Assembly (NCBI RefSeq): GCF_963676685.1
Contig: NC_092353.1
Coordinates: 620,001 to 684,000 of the forward strand
Origin: Mytilus edulis
Lineage: Eukaryota
DNA: 64,000 bases
Direction of reading: 5' to 3'
Shown: in pieces, positions 39,901 to 50,387 of the stretch
Position numbering within the stretch: position 1 is the first letter of the stretch
How the letters are laid out: each line of letters opens with the position of its first letter
The notes under the pieces: generated by a model
Databases searched by the model: none
Told to the model about the DNA's origin: nothing
What the model saw: only the letters and a program-made list of their open reading frames with translations
Program-made: the position numbers and the translations under genes

Positions 39901-42900
39901 CACAGTTCTTACGTGCGAATCATTTCATGGTTCACCTGTACCCATGTAATCCATGAAAATTAATATCCAACAAGTAAGAATGAATCCACAATACTAAGTT
40001 AAATCATTTTTGTGGAGCCTTTGACTTAAGTCGAAAAAGCGAGACTAAGCGATCCTATATTCCGTCGTTGTCATGGTTGGCGGCGATGGCGTCCATAAAT
40101 TTTCACTCTGTGGTTAAATTTTTTAAAATTTTAATTTCTTTCTTAAACTGTCCTGGATTTCTACCAAACTTGGACAGAAGCTTGTTTATGATCATAAGAT
40201 AGTATACAGAAGTAAATTTTGTAAAAATAGAATTCCATTTTTTCCATATTTTACTTTTAAATGGACTTAGTTTTTCTGCCAGGAAATATTACATTCACTC
40301 TGTGGTTAAAGTTTTTAAAATTTTAATAACTTTCTTAAACTATCCTGGGTTGGTACCAAATTGGACAGAAGCTTTTTTATGATCATAAGATAGTATCCAG
40401 AAGTAAATTTGTAAAAAAATAAATCCATTTTTCCGTATTTTACTTTTAAATGGGACTTAGATTTTCTGCCAGGAAACAACACATTCACTCTGTGGTTAAA
40501 CTTTTAAAATTTTTAATAACTTTCGTATACTCTTTTGGATTTGTACCAAACTTAAACAGAAGCTTGTTTATAATCAAAAGCTAGTATCTATAAGGAAATT
40601 TAGTTTTCTTCCAGTTAACATTACATTTAGTCTGCAGTTAAAAGTTTTTAAACATTTATTAGTTTCATAAACTATCCTGGATTTTTACCCAACTTGAACA
40701 GAAGCTTCTTACAATTAAAAGATAATATTAACAGGAATATTTTATTGATTTATTTCCTCATTTTTGTTGAGCCTGCGATTAACAGAAAGAGTAGGCGAGA
40801 CACTGGGTTCCGCGAAACCCATACAATTTTTTTTATATGAGCACATATTTTATGGACTTATATAAGCAAATTACCAGTTTATACATGTATTTTTTAGGTC
40901 TGATAGATTGTCCAACGTACCAATTTGTGCCACTCCAAGTGCCGTGCAGCAGACATCAATACCATGTACACCAAGTGTAAGTATTTATTTTCTGGATTAT
41001 AATTAGTGTACCACTTGATAAGTTTGATGATTTTGTACTGTTCAAGAGTAAGAACCTTAGCTACTGTAATAGTTACATTTTCTGTGGTATCCAGATATAA
41101 ATGATAAAATGACTTGACCAAATCTTTTTTGATAAAGTGACCATAAATTACAGGTCAAGTTCAACTGTTGATTGTAAATATTTACATAAATATTTACTAT
41201 AAAATTGTCCAAAAATCATCCCCTAAATAGAAATGGTTACATGGTGATTATTTTATAAGGTTCAAACAATATCATAAAAGAAAGAATGTTTACTTAATAG
41301 AATGTGTATAAAGATGTGAAGCTGCTGATATACAATAATTCAACCAAAAGTCCATCAAATAACACATTAGAGTATGTCAAATCAAGACTGACTTAACAGC
41401 ATGATCTATTATTTAATTTTCAGGTTATGCAGGATGTAGAAACTATCACAGTAAACAATGTAGTCTACATGATACTGGATTTACTTGGGAAAGGTGGCTC
41501 TAGTAAGGTAATTATAGTCAAAATAGTTAGAGAAAGGTTGTTGTAGTAAGGCAATCACATGTTTTTTGACATGCTGTGAAAAGTCAGCCTAAGTAAGGTT
41601 CAAAGAATGTACCTGTCCATATGACCTTTACCTAATTGTCCCTTTTTAAAGTTTTCATCATATGGTCATTTATTTAGTTGCTATAAGGAATACTTAAAAG
41701 TATTTTTGATTTTTTTGTATGATTTTTGGTGTACACTTAAGAGAACTGCAAACAGTAGTGTACAAAGTGTCACTTGACCTTACAATAAAACAGATTGACT
41801 TTTTATAAATTGTTCATCATACTTTTGCAGGTCTACCATGTACATGATTCCAAGCCTCCATCTAAAGCACTCAAAGTAGTCAACTTAAATGATGCCAATG
41901 AAGAAATAGTCAATGGTTACAAAAACGAAGTCAAGTTACTGCTACAGTTACAGTATTGTCCAAAAGTAATCAAACTATATGATTAGTAAGTAAAATGTCT
42001 AGACTTACAATACATGCGTCTTCCCTATAATCAAATACAATTTCTCAAGCAAGTCAAACAATACACATGTGGCCTCTCTGAAAACAAATCCATGTAAATA
42101 GCAAATCAATTAATACACATGTGTCATACTCTAAAGCAAGTCAGTTATTACACATGTGTCATCTGTGTAATTAAACCTATGCTTAGAGCAAATCAAACAT
42201 ACACATGTGTCCTCTCTGTTATACTCTAAGGCAAGTCAAATTACACATGTGTCCTCTGTAAATAAATCAGTCTTCATCAAGTCAAACAGTACACATGTGT
42301 CATCTCTGTATCAAATTCAATGTCTCAAGCAAGTCAAATAATACACATGTTTCATCTTTTATAATTTGGAGTCTTCCCCTGAAGTATTTTTAACCACAAT
42401 GATGTCATAACTGACCTGGCTGAACAAGTTTACATTGATAAAACAGCTGTAGAAAATGTATTCACATTTTTCTTGTCTGACTTGAACTAATCTTTTGTTC
42501 CTGTTGGTTTCAAAGCATGATAAGAGTTATTTTCAGCTTTGTGCTTATATTAAGTTCTTTTATTCTAAGTTATGTGTATTTCTTTCCTCATTATTCAGTA
42601 TTTATTTTTTCAGTGAGTACAGACCAGAAGAAAACAAATTATATATAGTAATGGAGTATGGGAACTGTGACTTTGCTCAGTTTCTGAAAGATAAAATAAA
42701 AGAAGATTGTAAACTTTCAGACCATTTGATCAAGTATTACTGGGAGTCTATGTTAATGGCAGTCCATGCTTTACATAAAGAAGGTAGGGGTCAAGGGTCA
42801 TGGTCAGACCATTTGATCAAGTATTACTGGGAGTCTATGTTAATGGCAGTCCATGCTTTACATAAAGAAGGTAGGGGTCAAGGGTCATGGTCAGACCATT

Positions 42901-45900
42901 TGATCAAGTTTTACTGGGAGTCTATGTTAATGGCTGTCCACGCTTTACATAAAGAAGGTAGGGGTCAAGGGTCATGGTCAGATAGTTTGATCAAGTATTA
43001 CTGGGAGTCTATGTTAATGGCTGTCCATGCTTTACATAAAGAAGGTAGGGGTCAAGGTCAGACCAGTTGATCAAGTATTACTGGTAGTCTATGTTAATGG
43101 CAGTCCACACTTTACATAAAGAAGGTAGGGGTCAAGGGTCATAGTCAAATCATTTGAAAAGTATTACTGGTAGTCTATGTTAATGGCAGTCCACACCTTT
43201 CATAAAGAAGGTAGGGGTCAAGGGTTATAGTCAGATGATTTGATCAAGTATTACTGGGAGTCTATGTACATGATGTAGATGGCTGTCCACGCTTTACATA
43301 AAGAAGGTAAGGGTCACTGTCAGATCACTGAAAGTCAAGTTCTTTTCAATAACCTAGATAAACATGCATGTGTTAAAGATATGGACCATATCTATTTTCA
43401 AGATAAGGGTATATTGTGCTCAGTCTGAATGTACATACAATATTTATCTTCATAATTTACAGGAATCATTCATTCAGACTTAAAGCCATCAAATTTCATC
43501 ATAATAGGAGGTGCCTTAAAACTGATAGACTTTGGTATAGCTAAATCTGTGCAACCAGATAAAACCAGTGTTCTGACTGAAATGCAGGTTGGCACATTAA
43601 ACTACATGAGTCCAGAGTCTATAGCAGATTATGGTTTAGATGAAAAACCAATGTATAAGGTATGATCATGTTGTAATTATCTCCCTTGTATTAGATATGA
43701 TCATAATTATAATTATCTCCCTTGTATAAGATATTATAATGCTGTTATTATCTCCCTTGAATAAGATATGATCATTATTATAATTACCTCCCATGAATAA
43801 GATATTATCATAATTATAACTATCTCCCTTGTATAAGATATTATGTTGTTATTGTCACTTGTTTCAGTTTTGGAATAGGACCCCAGTTACATGATATCAG
43901 TCCAGCCTACAAATGAAGTCCCTTAATAAATCAACTATCTTTCAAATGGGTTATTCTCTTAAATGCCAGTCATGACGCACCATGAACCATAAAGGGGGCT
44001 ACTAGTATGAGAAAATAAATAAAATTTTGTAGTCTTATATTGGGAATAAAAAATCTGCCTGTTAACTTGGATAAAATTGCATTGAAGTAATGGGGGATTA
44101 ATTGGGTCTTCATTCTATATAATCGCATGGTAATTATCTCCCTTGTATAAAAGAGGGGCGCAAGATACCAGAGGGACAGTCAAACTCATAGATTGAAAAA
44201 TAAAGCCATGGCTAAAAAAAAACAGACAAATAATAGTACACAAGACACAACATAGAAAACTAAACACTTAGTAACACAAGCCCACCAAAAACTGGAGGTG
44301 ATTTCAGGTGCTCCAGATAAGATATGATGTTTCCAAATACATAAATAAGATTTCCCTTACAGACAGTATGATGTTTTGAAGATGGACAATACATACAATT
44401 CTTTGTTACAGATAGGTGTGAAGAGTGACGTCTGGTCCCTTGGATGTATTTTATACAATATGGTGTATGGTTTTACTCCATTCCAAAGAATCAACAAACA
44501 ATTTGCCAAACTTCAGGCTATCACCAACTCCAGTTATGTTATTCATTTCCCAGAAATAGAGGACAAACGTCTGCTGGATGTCATGAAGGTTAGTAGGTTA
44601 TCTCCCCTGAAATAGAGGACAAACGTCTGCTGGATGTCATGAAGGCTAGTAGATTATCTCCCCTGAAATAGAGGACAAACGTCTGCTGGATGTCATGAAG
44701 GTTAGTAGATTATCTCCCCTGAAATAGAGGACAAACGTCTGCTGGATGTCATGAAGGCTAGTAGATTATCTCCCCTGAAATAGAGGACAAACGTCTGCTG
44801 GATGTCATGAAGGCTAGTAGGTTATCTCCCCTGAAATAGAGGACAAACGTCTGCTGGATGTCATGAAGGCTAGTAGGTTCCAAATAGAGGACAAACGTCT
44901 GCTGGATGTCATGAAGCTAAGTAAGTTCTCTTCCCTGAAATAGAGGACAAACGTCTGCTGGATGTCATGAAGGTTAGTAGGTTCCAAATAGAGGACAAAC
45001 GTCTGCTGGATGTCATGAAGCTAAGTAAGTTCTCTTCCCTGAAATAGAGGACAAATGTCTGCTGGATGTCATGAAGGTTAGTAGGTTCTCTCCCCTGAAA
45101 TAGAGGACAAACGTCTGCTGGATGTCATGAAGGTTAGTAGGTTCTCTCCCCAGAAATAGAGGACAAACGTCTGCTGGTTGTCATGAAGGTTAGTAGGTTC
45201 TCTCCCCTGAAATAGAGGACAAACGTCTGCTGGATGTCATGAAGGTTAGTAGATTATCTCCCTTGAAATAGAGGACAAACGTCTGCTGGATGTCATGAAG
45301 GTTAGTAGGTTCTCTCCCCAGAAATAGAGGACAAACGTCTGCTGGATGTCATGAAGGTTAGTAGATTATCTCCCCTGAAATAGAGGACAAACGTCTGCTG
45401 GATGTCATGAAGGTTAGTAGGTTCTCTCCCCTGAAATAGAGGACAAACGTCTGCTGGATGTCATGAAGGTTAGTAGGTTCTCTCCCCAGAAATAGAGGAC
45501 AAACGTCTGCTGGTTGTCATGAAGGTTAGTAGGTTATCTCCCCTGAAATAGAGGACAAACGTCTGCTGGATGTCATGAAGATTAGTAGGTTATCTCCCCT
45601 GAAATAGAGGACAAATGTCTGCTGGATGTCATGAAGATTAGTAGGTTATCTCCCCTGAAATAGAGGACAAACGTCTGCTGGTTGTCATGAAGATTAGTAG
45701 GTTCTCTCCCCTGAAATAGAGGACAAACGTCTGCTGGTTGTCATGAAGGTTACTAGGTTCTCTCCCCTGAAATAGAGGACAAACGTCTGCTGGATGTCAT
45801 GAAGGTTAGTAGGTTCTCTCCCCTGAAATAGAGGACAAACGTCTGCTGGTTGTCATGAAGGTTACTAGGTTCTCTCCCCTGAAATAGAGGACAAACGTCT

Positions 45901-48597
45901 GCTGGTTGTCATGAAGGTTACTAGGTTCTCTCCCCTGAAATAGAGGACAAATGTCTGCTGGATGTCATGAAGATTAGTAGGTTATCTCCCCTGAAATAGA
46001 GGACAAGCGTCTGCTGGATGTCATGAAGATTAGTAGGTTATCTCCCCTGAAATAGAGGACAAACGTCTGCTGGATGTCATGAAGGTTAGTAGATTATCTC
46101 CCCTGAAATAGAGGACAAACGTCTGCTGGTTGTCATGAAGGTTAGTAGTAGGTTCTTTTCCCAGGAATAGAGAACAAACGTCTGCTGGATGTCATGAAGG
46201 TAAGTAGCAGGTTATCTCCCCAAAAATAGAGGACAAGCGTCTGCTGGATGTCATGAAGGTAAGTAGCAGGTTATCTCCCCAGAAATAGAGGACAAACGTC
46301 TGCTTGATGTCATGAAGGTAAGTAGCAGGTTATCTCCCCAGAAATAGAGAACAAACGTCTGCTGGATGTCATGAAGGTTAATAGTAGGTTCTCTTCCCAA
46401 AAATAGAGGACACACGTCTGCTGGATGTCACAAGGTGGTATTAGGTTCTCTCCCCTAAACAAGGTATAAATGAATGAATAGAAATTATATGGAAAATTCA
46501 ATAAAAGAGATCTCATACCTATGCATCAGAAAGCATATGTATAAAGAAGTTTAAAACAACAACAAAAATAAATTAGGAGATAACTGTATTGTATTTTAAG
46601 TTTGGCCATCATAAAACGTAGATTTTACTGTCGCAAACTGAGTTTACCTAACGATACGTAGTGGAGCTAAGTACACATATCAAAATAAATTCCATTTGGT
46701 AAATACTTAAGCCAAAAATGCAAAAGTCTGAGAAACTGTTACATATTCTTTTAATAGTATACAACAATGTGAGGTCATATGTATGGCAAACATAAACACT
46801 AAAATTATTATTGTTTGCAGCTTATTATTTGGTTTAGAAATTACATACCCAAAAAAACAGAATTCAAAATGGTGGCTTTCTTTGTTACTGACTGGTAGAA
46901 CATATAATCTTATCCTTCTAAATATTTGTCAACGTTCAATGAAAATTATTGTTACAAACAAATTGCATTAAAATTTATCATTGTATCTGTACTTTCATGA
47001 TTATTTTGCAGTCCCATTTACTGATTTCACCAGTCAGAGTATTTGTTTAAAAATGACAAAGTTGATATAATTTTCTATTTTCAGTAAGATGTTTGCATAG
47101 TTTATTAGTTGCACTCCCCTACACTTAAAAATATTTAACATACAATTGTACAATATATGAAAACAAAACAAATATTATCCATCAGATTTCAATTATATAC
47201 AAGATATGTTATTCTTACTATTTTTAGAAATGTTTGATCAGAGATCCTAAAGTTCGACCAAGCATTGAAGATTTACTTCACCATCCATATCTGAAGAGGG
47301 AGAAAAAAGAAGGTATAAACTGATTAGAGCTATTGCTGATAAGTTTATCCACATTTCTGAAGAGAGCATTGTAATGTGTTTTGACTTCAATATTTAAAGA
47401 CTCTATTGTTACAAATATGTTGACAAAGTACCACTTGGGTAAAATGTTATAGAAAATGAAAATGAATGAAAAAAAAATCACAACATGACTATTTGATTAA
47501 TGAAATTAACTGTGTTTTACAGAACTAAGAAAAAATGAATCAAAATAGAATGGACTATATTATCCAATTGGTTTTTATTTTTTTCCCCTACAAAGTAAGT
47601 GTTGTATTCAAATTTTCAGCTTGCATTTTGTTTTACTTTCAGAACCATCAGTAGTAGACAAAAGAATAGAGAGACTTGTAGAAAGATTAGCAGATAAAGT
47701 ATCTTCCCCTAATACTCTACGCAGTCTACTAAGGAGTGAAATATTAAAGGTATTAATTATTGGCAATTTGTACTTTTTTCCTTTGATCTTACTGCTTGTT
47801 ATTAATTTGTATCATGTAAAGACCTGATACTTGAAAATATTAGGCATTTTTATGCCCCACTTAGGAGCATTATTTTTTCATTCTGTGCAGCCATTTGTCT
47901 GTTTGTCTTGCTTCAGGATAAAGTTTTCGGTCAAGGAAGTTTTTGAAGAAGTTGAAGTCCATTCAAATTGAAACATAGTACACATGTTCCCTGTGGTATG
48001 ATCTTTCTAAATTTAATGCCAAATTAGAGGTTTTACCCCAATTTAACAGTCAGTTTAACATAGAAAATAATTATGTACATTTTGATATGGTGTAGCTACA
48101 TTATTGATTATTGTGGATTCATTATTATTCTTTTAATACCAATTTTCATGGAATTTGTGGGTATAGGTATATATTGTTATTAAATGTTCAACAAATTACA
48201 AATTTCCAATAGGCTTTTATGTAGACTTTGGCAAACCACAAAATTAAATATCCATGAACATGTAAGTTTTCCCTAATCCATGACAATTGGTATTTACAAA
48301 TTCGAATGAATCCACAGTATCACTGTTAATTCAGAAATTTTTGTGATGTTTTTATTATCGCAACAATTTAAACTCGCATTTTGACATTTATTATATGAAT
48401 TAAACAGGATTTTTCTCAATATTGCAAAAATTAAAATCCCATTTCAGTAAAAAAAATGTCAAAATCACAATAATTTCTGATTTACAGTAATTTGATGAGA
48501 TAAAGAGTTAAGATAATTGTAAAAAAAACTTATTCTATAATTTCAGGGAATGTCAGCTGAAAGAGAATGTCCAGAAAACAAAGAAAATGTTCATTAA
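24926..48597 (+). CDS. TTK: Dual-specificity protein kinase TTK/Mps1 (spindle assembly checkpoint kinase); 18 coding exons, 930 aa
   Basis: GT-AG exons with consistent phases: 24926-24995, 25347-25498, 26018-26091, 26657-26766, 27297-27434, 27934-28003, 28441-28608, 33361-33500, 34252-35017, 40898-40976, 41424-41507, 41831-41985, 42614-42783, 43463-43659, 44412-44588, 47228-47312, 47643-47749, 48547-48597 (2793 nt including TAA). N-terminal TPR-like region ([37 protein letters not shown]). Kinase motifs [86 protein letters not shown] are typical of Mps1. Confidence 0.95.
28260..28286 (+). CDS. Candidate 27-nt symmetric (phase 2-2) alternative microexon of TTK (TDENGYCI)
   Basis: tattttttgtaag|TACTGATGAAAATGGTTACTGTATCAG|gtaatt; preserves the frame between exons 27934-28003 and 28441-28608. 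Confidence 0.4.
28953..29555. mobile_element. HINE-like interspersed repeat with three ~169-bp internal units (partial copy at ~47848-48070)
   Basis: caggttaaagtttttggtcaaggtagtttttgat repeated at ~29020, 29189 and 29358. Confidence 0.55.
30721..32082 (+). mobile_element. 5'-truncated Penelope-like retroelement (probably Naiad-type, RT C-terminal) with 3' UTR
   Basis: ORF 30727-31443 followed by ~640 nt of 3' UTR. The terminal motif gttgtctctttgacacattccccatttccattctcaatttta recurs at ~18272-18318. Confidence 0.75.
30727..31443 (+). CDS. C-terminal half of a Penelope-like reverse transcriptase (5'-truncated)
   Basis: FRYLDDI catalytic motif, [30 protein letters not shown]. The ORF stops with no downstream GIY-YIG domain. 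Confidence 0.75.
   Translation: MTKISKDPSKQHLINKFNNTFRYLDDILALNNDDFSMYINEIYPVELTLNKANTNNDHCPFLDLDIYITNGKLNTKIYDKREDFSFPIVNYPFLDGDVPLSPSYGVYISQLVRFARVCNNVLDFNERNLCITEKLLHQGFRYHKLVKTFTKFYHRYKDIIRKYSSTCRLLIRSGISHPIFYGNILYKAQRCQYSPQKLTKPLNRLIKKGYNYDTVVKSLKIAYFGVNIESLIRSLHWN
32600..33262 (-). mobile_element. Retroelement 3'-end fragment related to the Penelope-like 3' UTR
   Basis: Reverse complement shares aacatgtttaac.ccgcc..gcctgtcccaagtcag with 31790-31835. The tail motif gttgtctcattggcaatcataccacatct recurs at ~9900, ~22900, ~33805 and ~49810. Confidence 0.55.
36340..38045. repeat. ~120-bp tandem repeat with homogeneous core (36665-37340) and degenerate flanks
   Basis: gagaacttgtaaacggtcgagatccccacccctaaaccatat..aaatcaaatgaaataaagtgggagtccctttgggtcagcccc units. 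Confidence 0.9.
38512..38901. mobile_element. TTAA-flanked MITE (Kolobok-like GG..CC termini)
   Basis: ttaa|ggatgttcgct ... agcagacatcc|ttaa. Confidence 0.65.
40015..40833. mobile_element. HINE-like interspersed repeat with ~185-bp internal units
   Basis: Repeated cattcactctgtggttaaa..cagaagctt units; terminal gggttccgcgaaaccc stem followed by a T-tract. Confidence 0.5.
42717..43325 (+). repeat. 87-bp x7 tandem repeat spanning a TTK kinase-exon donor
   Basis: Unit is the last 67 nt of the exon + gtaggggtcaagggtcatgg. Confidence 0.95.
44548..46458 (+). repeat. 56-bp tandem array (~34 copies) spanning a TTK kinase-exon donor
   Basis: gaaatagaggacaaacgtctgctggatgtcatgaag|gttagtaggttatctcccct. 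Confidence 0.95.
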
Positions 48598-50387
48598 CTG
48601 AATATTAGCAATGTTAGTGGAGGAAGACATGCTATGGGCATCATGCAGGTGTCAATGCTTTTAATGAGAAAATAAAACTAGGTCTAGCACCTGTGGCTGA
48701 AATAGATAATGAGGAGGAAATGCATTTTAATCAAAATCTGTTTGAAGAAAAATGTGTTTTTACATTCTTTATGGCTTTAAAAGCTTTGTTGAATTTTTAT
48801 ATATCTTATGTAATATATATTAGTCCTATTGGTTGTACATTTATAGATTATTTAAGATTACAAGATGAAGAGAAATTTGTTATTTTATTTTAATCAACGT
48901 TCATAAGATAAGGCTATATTTGTTATTTCTTTAAATTAATGGATGCATCAATAGTTTTGTGTGCATCTGTCATACAAGTGAGAGGTTTGTCTAGGTTATC
49001 CCACCATTTCTACATTAGAAAATTCTTGTACCAAGTCACGAATATAACACTTCCTGTCCATACTTTTGATGTCTTTGACATTTTTTACCATTTGATAAGG
49101 CACTTTCTGTTTTTGAACTTTCCTCAGAGTTCAATATTTTGAGATATAACATTTTTGTGAGGCAAATCAATTTATTAGGGGGTTTCCTTTTCACTTAAAG
49201 AATCTGTGTAAAAAAAAGAAATTGGGTTTACATATATGATACAGCAATTCAACAACAAAAGACACCAAGTGAGTTAAGCAAGAACCACACAACTGTTTTA
49301 ATGTTATATTCTTTGTCCCTGCTAGGTGTATCCCTTGTCAAACACACAAAATCGCTATGTTTGCTTTAAAAGTAGATATTTTTGTGCAACAGTTTAAATG
49401 ATTTCATTAGTTTTGATAAGATAAGTAGAAAATAAGTGGAACTTTGAAATCACCAAGTTTCTATTCATTTAAGAAGTATTAGTATGTGTAGTTTACTATA
49501 TGTTTTGTTCATTGTTGAAGGTGATATGGTGATCTATAATTGCTTACATTCATGTTTTATTGACTCTGGTGGATAGATGTCAATGGCAATCAAACTAGAA
49601 CCCTTTATTATATTATAAAATAGTTAATGATAAATAAAAAAATTAAGGCAAAGTAATATGGTACATTTTGTACTTACATTTGTTTGAAATTGTTTCATTT
49701 TGTCAGTTTTTATAGACTTTCTCTGTATGAATTTACCTTGGGGTTCACTATTTCTGTTTTCACTTTTTTGCATGATTAACCATCAACAGTAACCTGACTA
49801 CGAAGGAGAGTTGTCTCATTGACACTCATACCACATCTTCTTATATTTAAAGAGAGTAATTTATTAATACTTCAGTTCAGAGAAAAGGGTTTAATGAATG
49901 GTGATTTACTACACTGTGCTGTATTAATTGTACATTATTTTAGCCACTTACCATTCGGTTAATTTATTGAAGATAAATGTGTTATAATTTATTTTGAAGA
50001 TTCATATTTATGCAGTTGAATCACTCTTTAAAAACCTTTTAAATGTCTTTTCTTGATGTATTTGAATAACTTTTATCCTGTAATATTTTGTATACTGTTT
50101 GTACTATCATTTTAGACTGTCTGTAGTTCTGCTTGAAGACTTGTTTAATTTCATCTAACTTTATTATGTTAGTATGTCTGTATATCTGTATTTCTGAGAC
50201 TTCTTTACTTCTTATGTTAAATGTCTGTATTTCTGCTTTAAGATTTGCTTACTGCTCTTTTACGTCTATTTGTTATTGTATAGAAATAAATATACATCAT
50301 TGTCTTATTTTCATTATTAATATACTTTTATAACCAAATGCTGTTTATTGGTATAAAAATGCTTCATTCCAAGTCCATTCTTTCGTA

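Noticed and set aside
39855-39915. tRNA-like A-box (ggcctagatggtcaag)
   Set aside because: No B-box or cloverleaf; at most a SINE relic.
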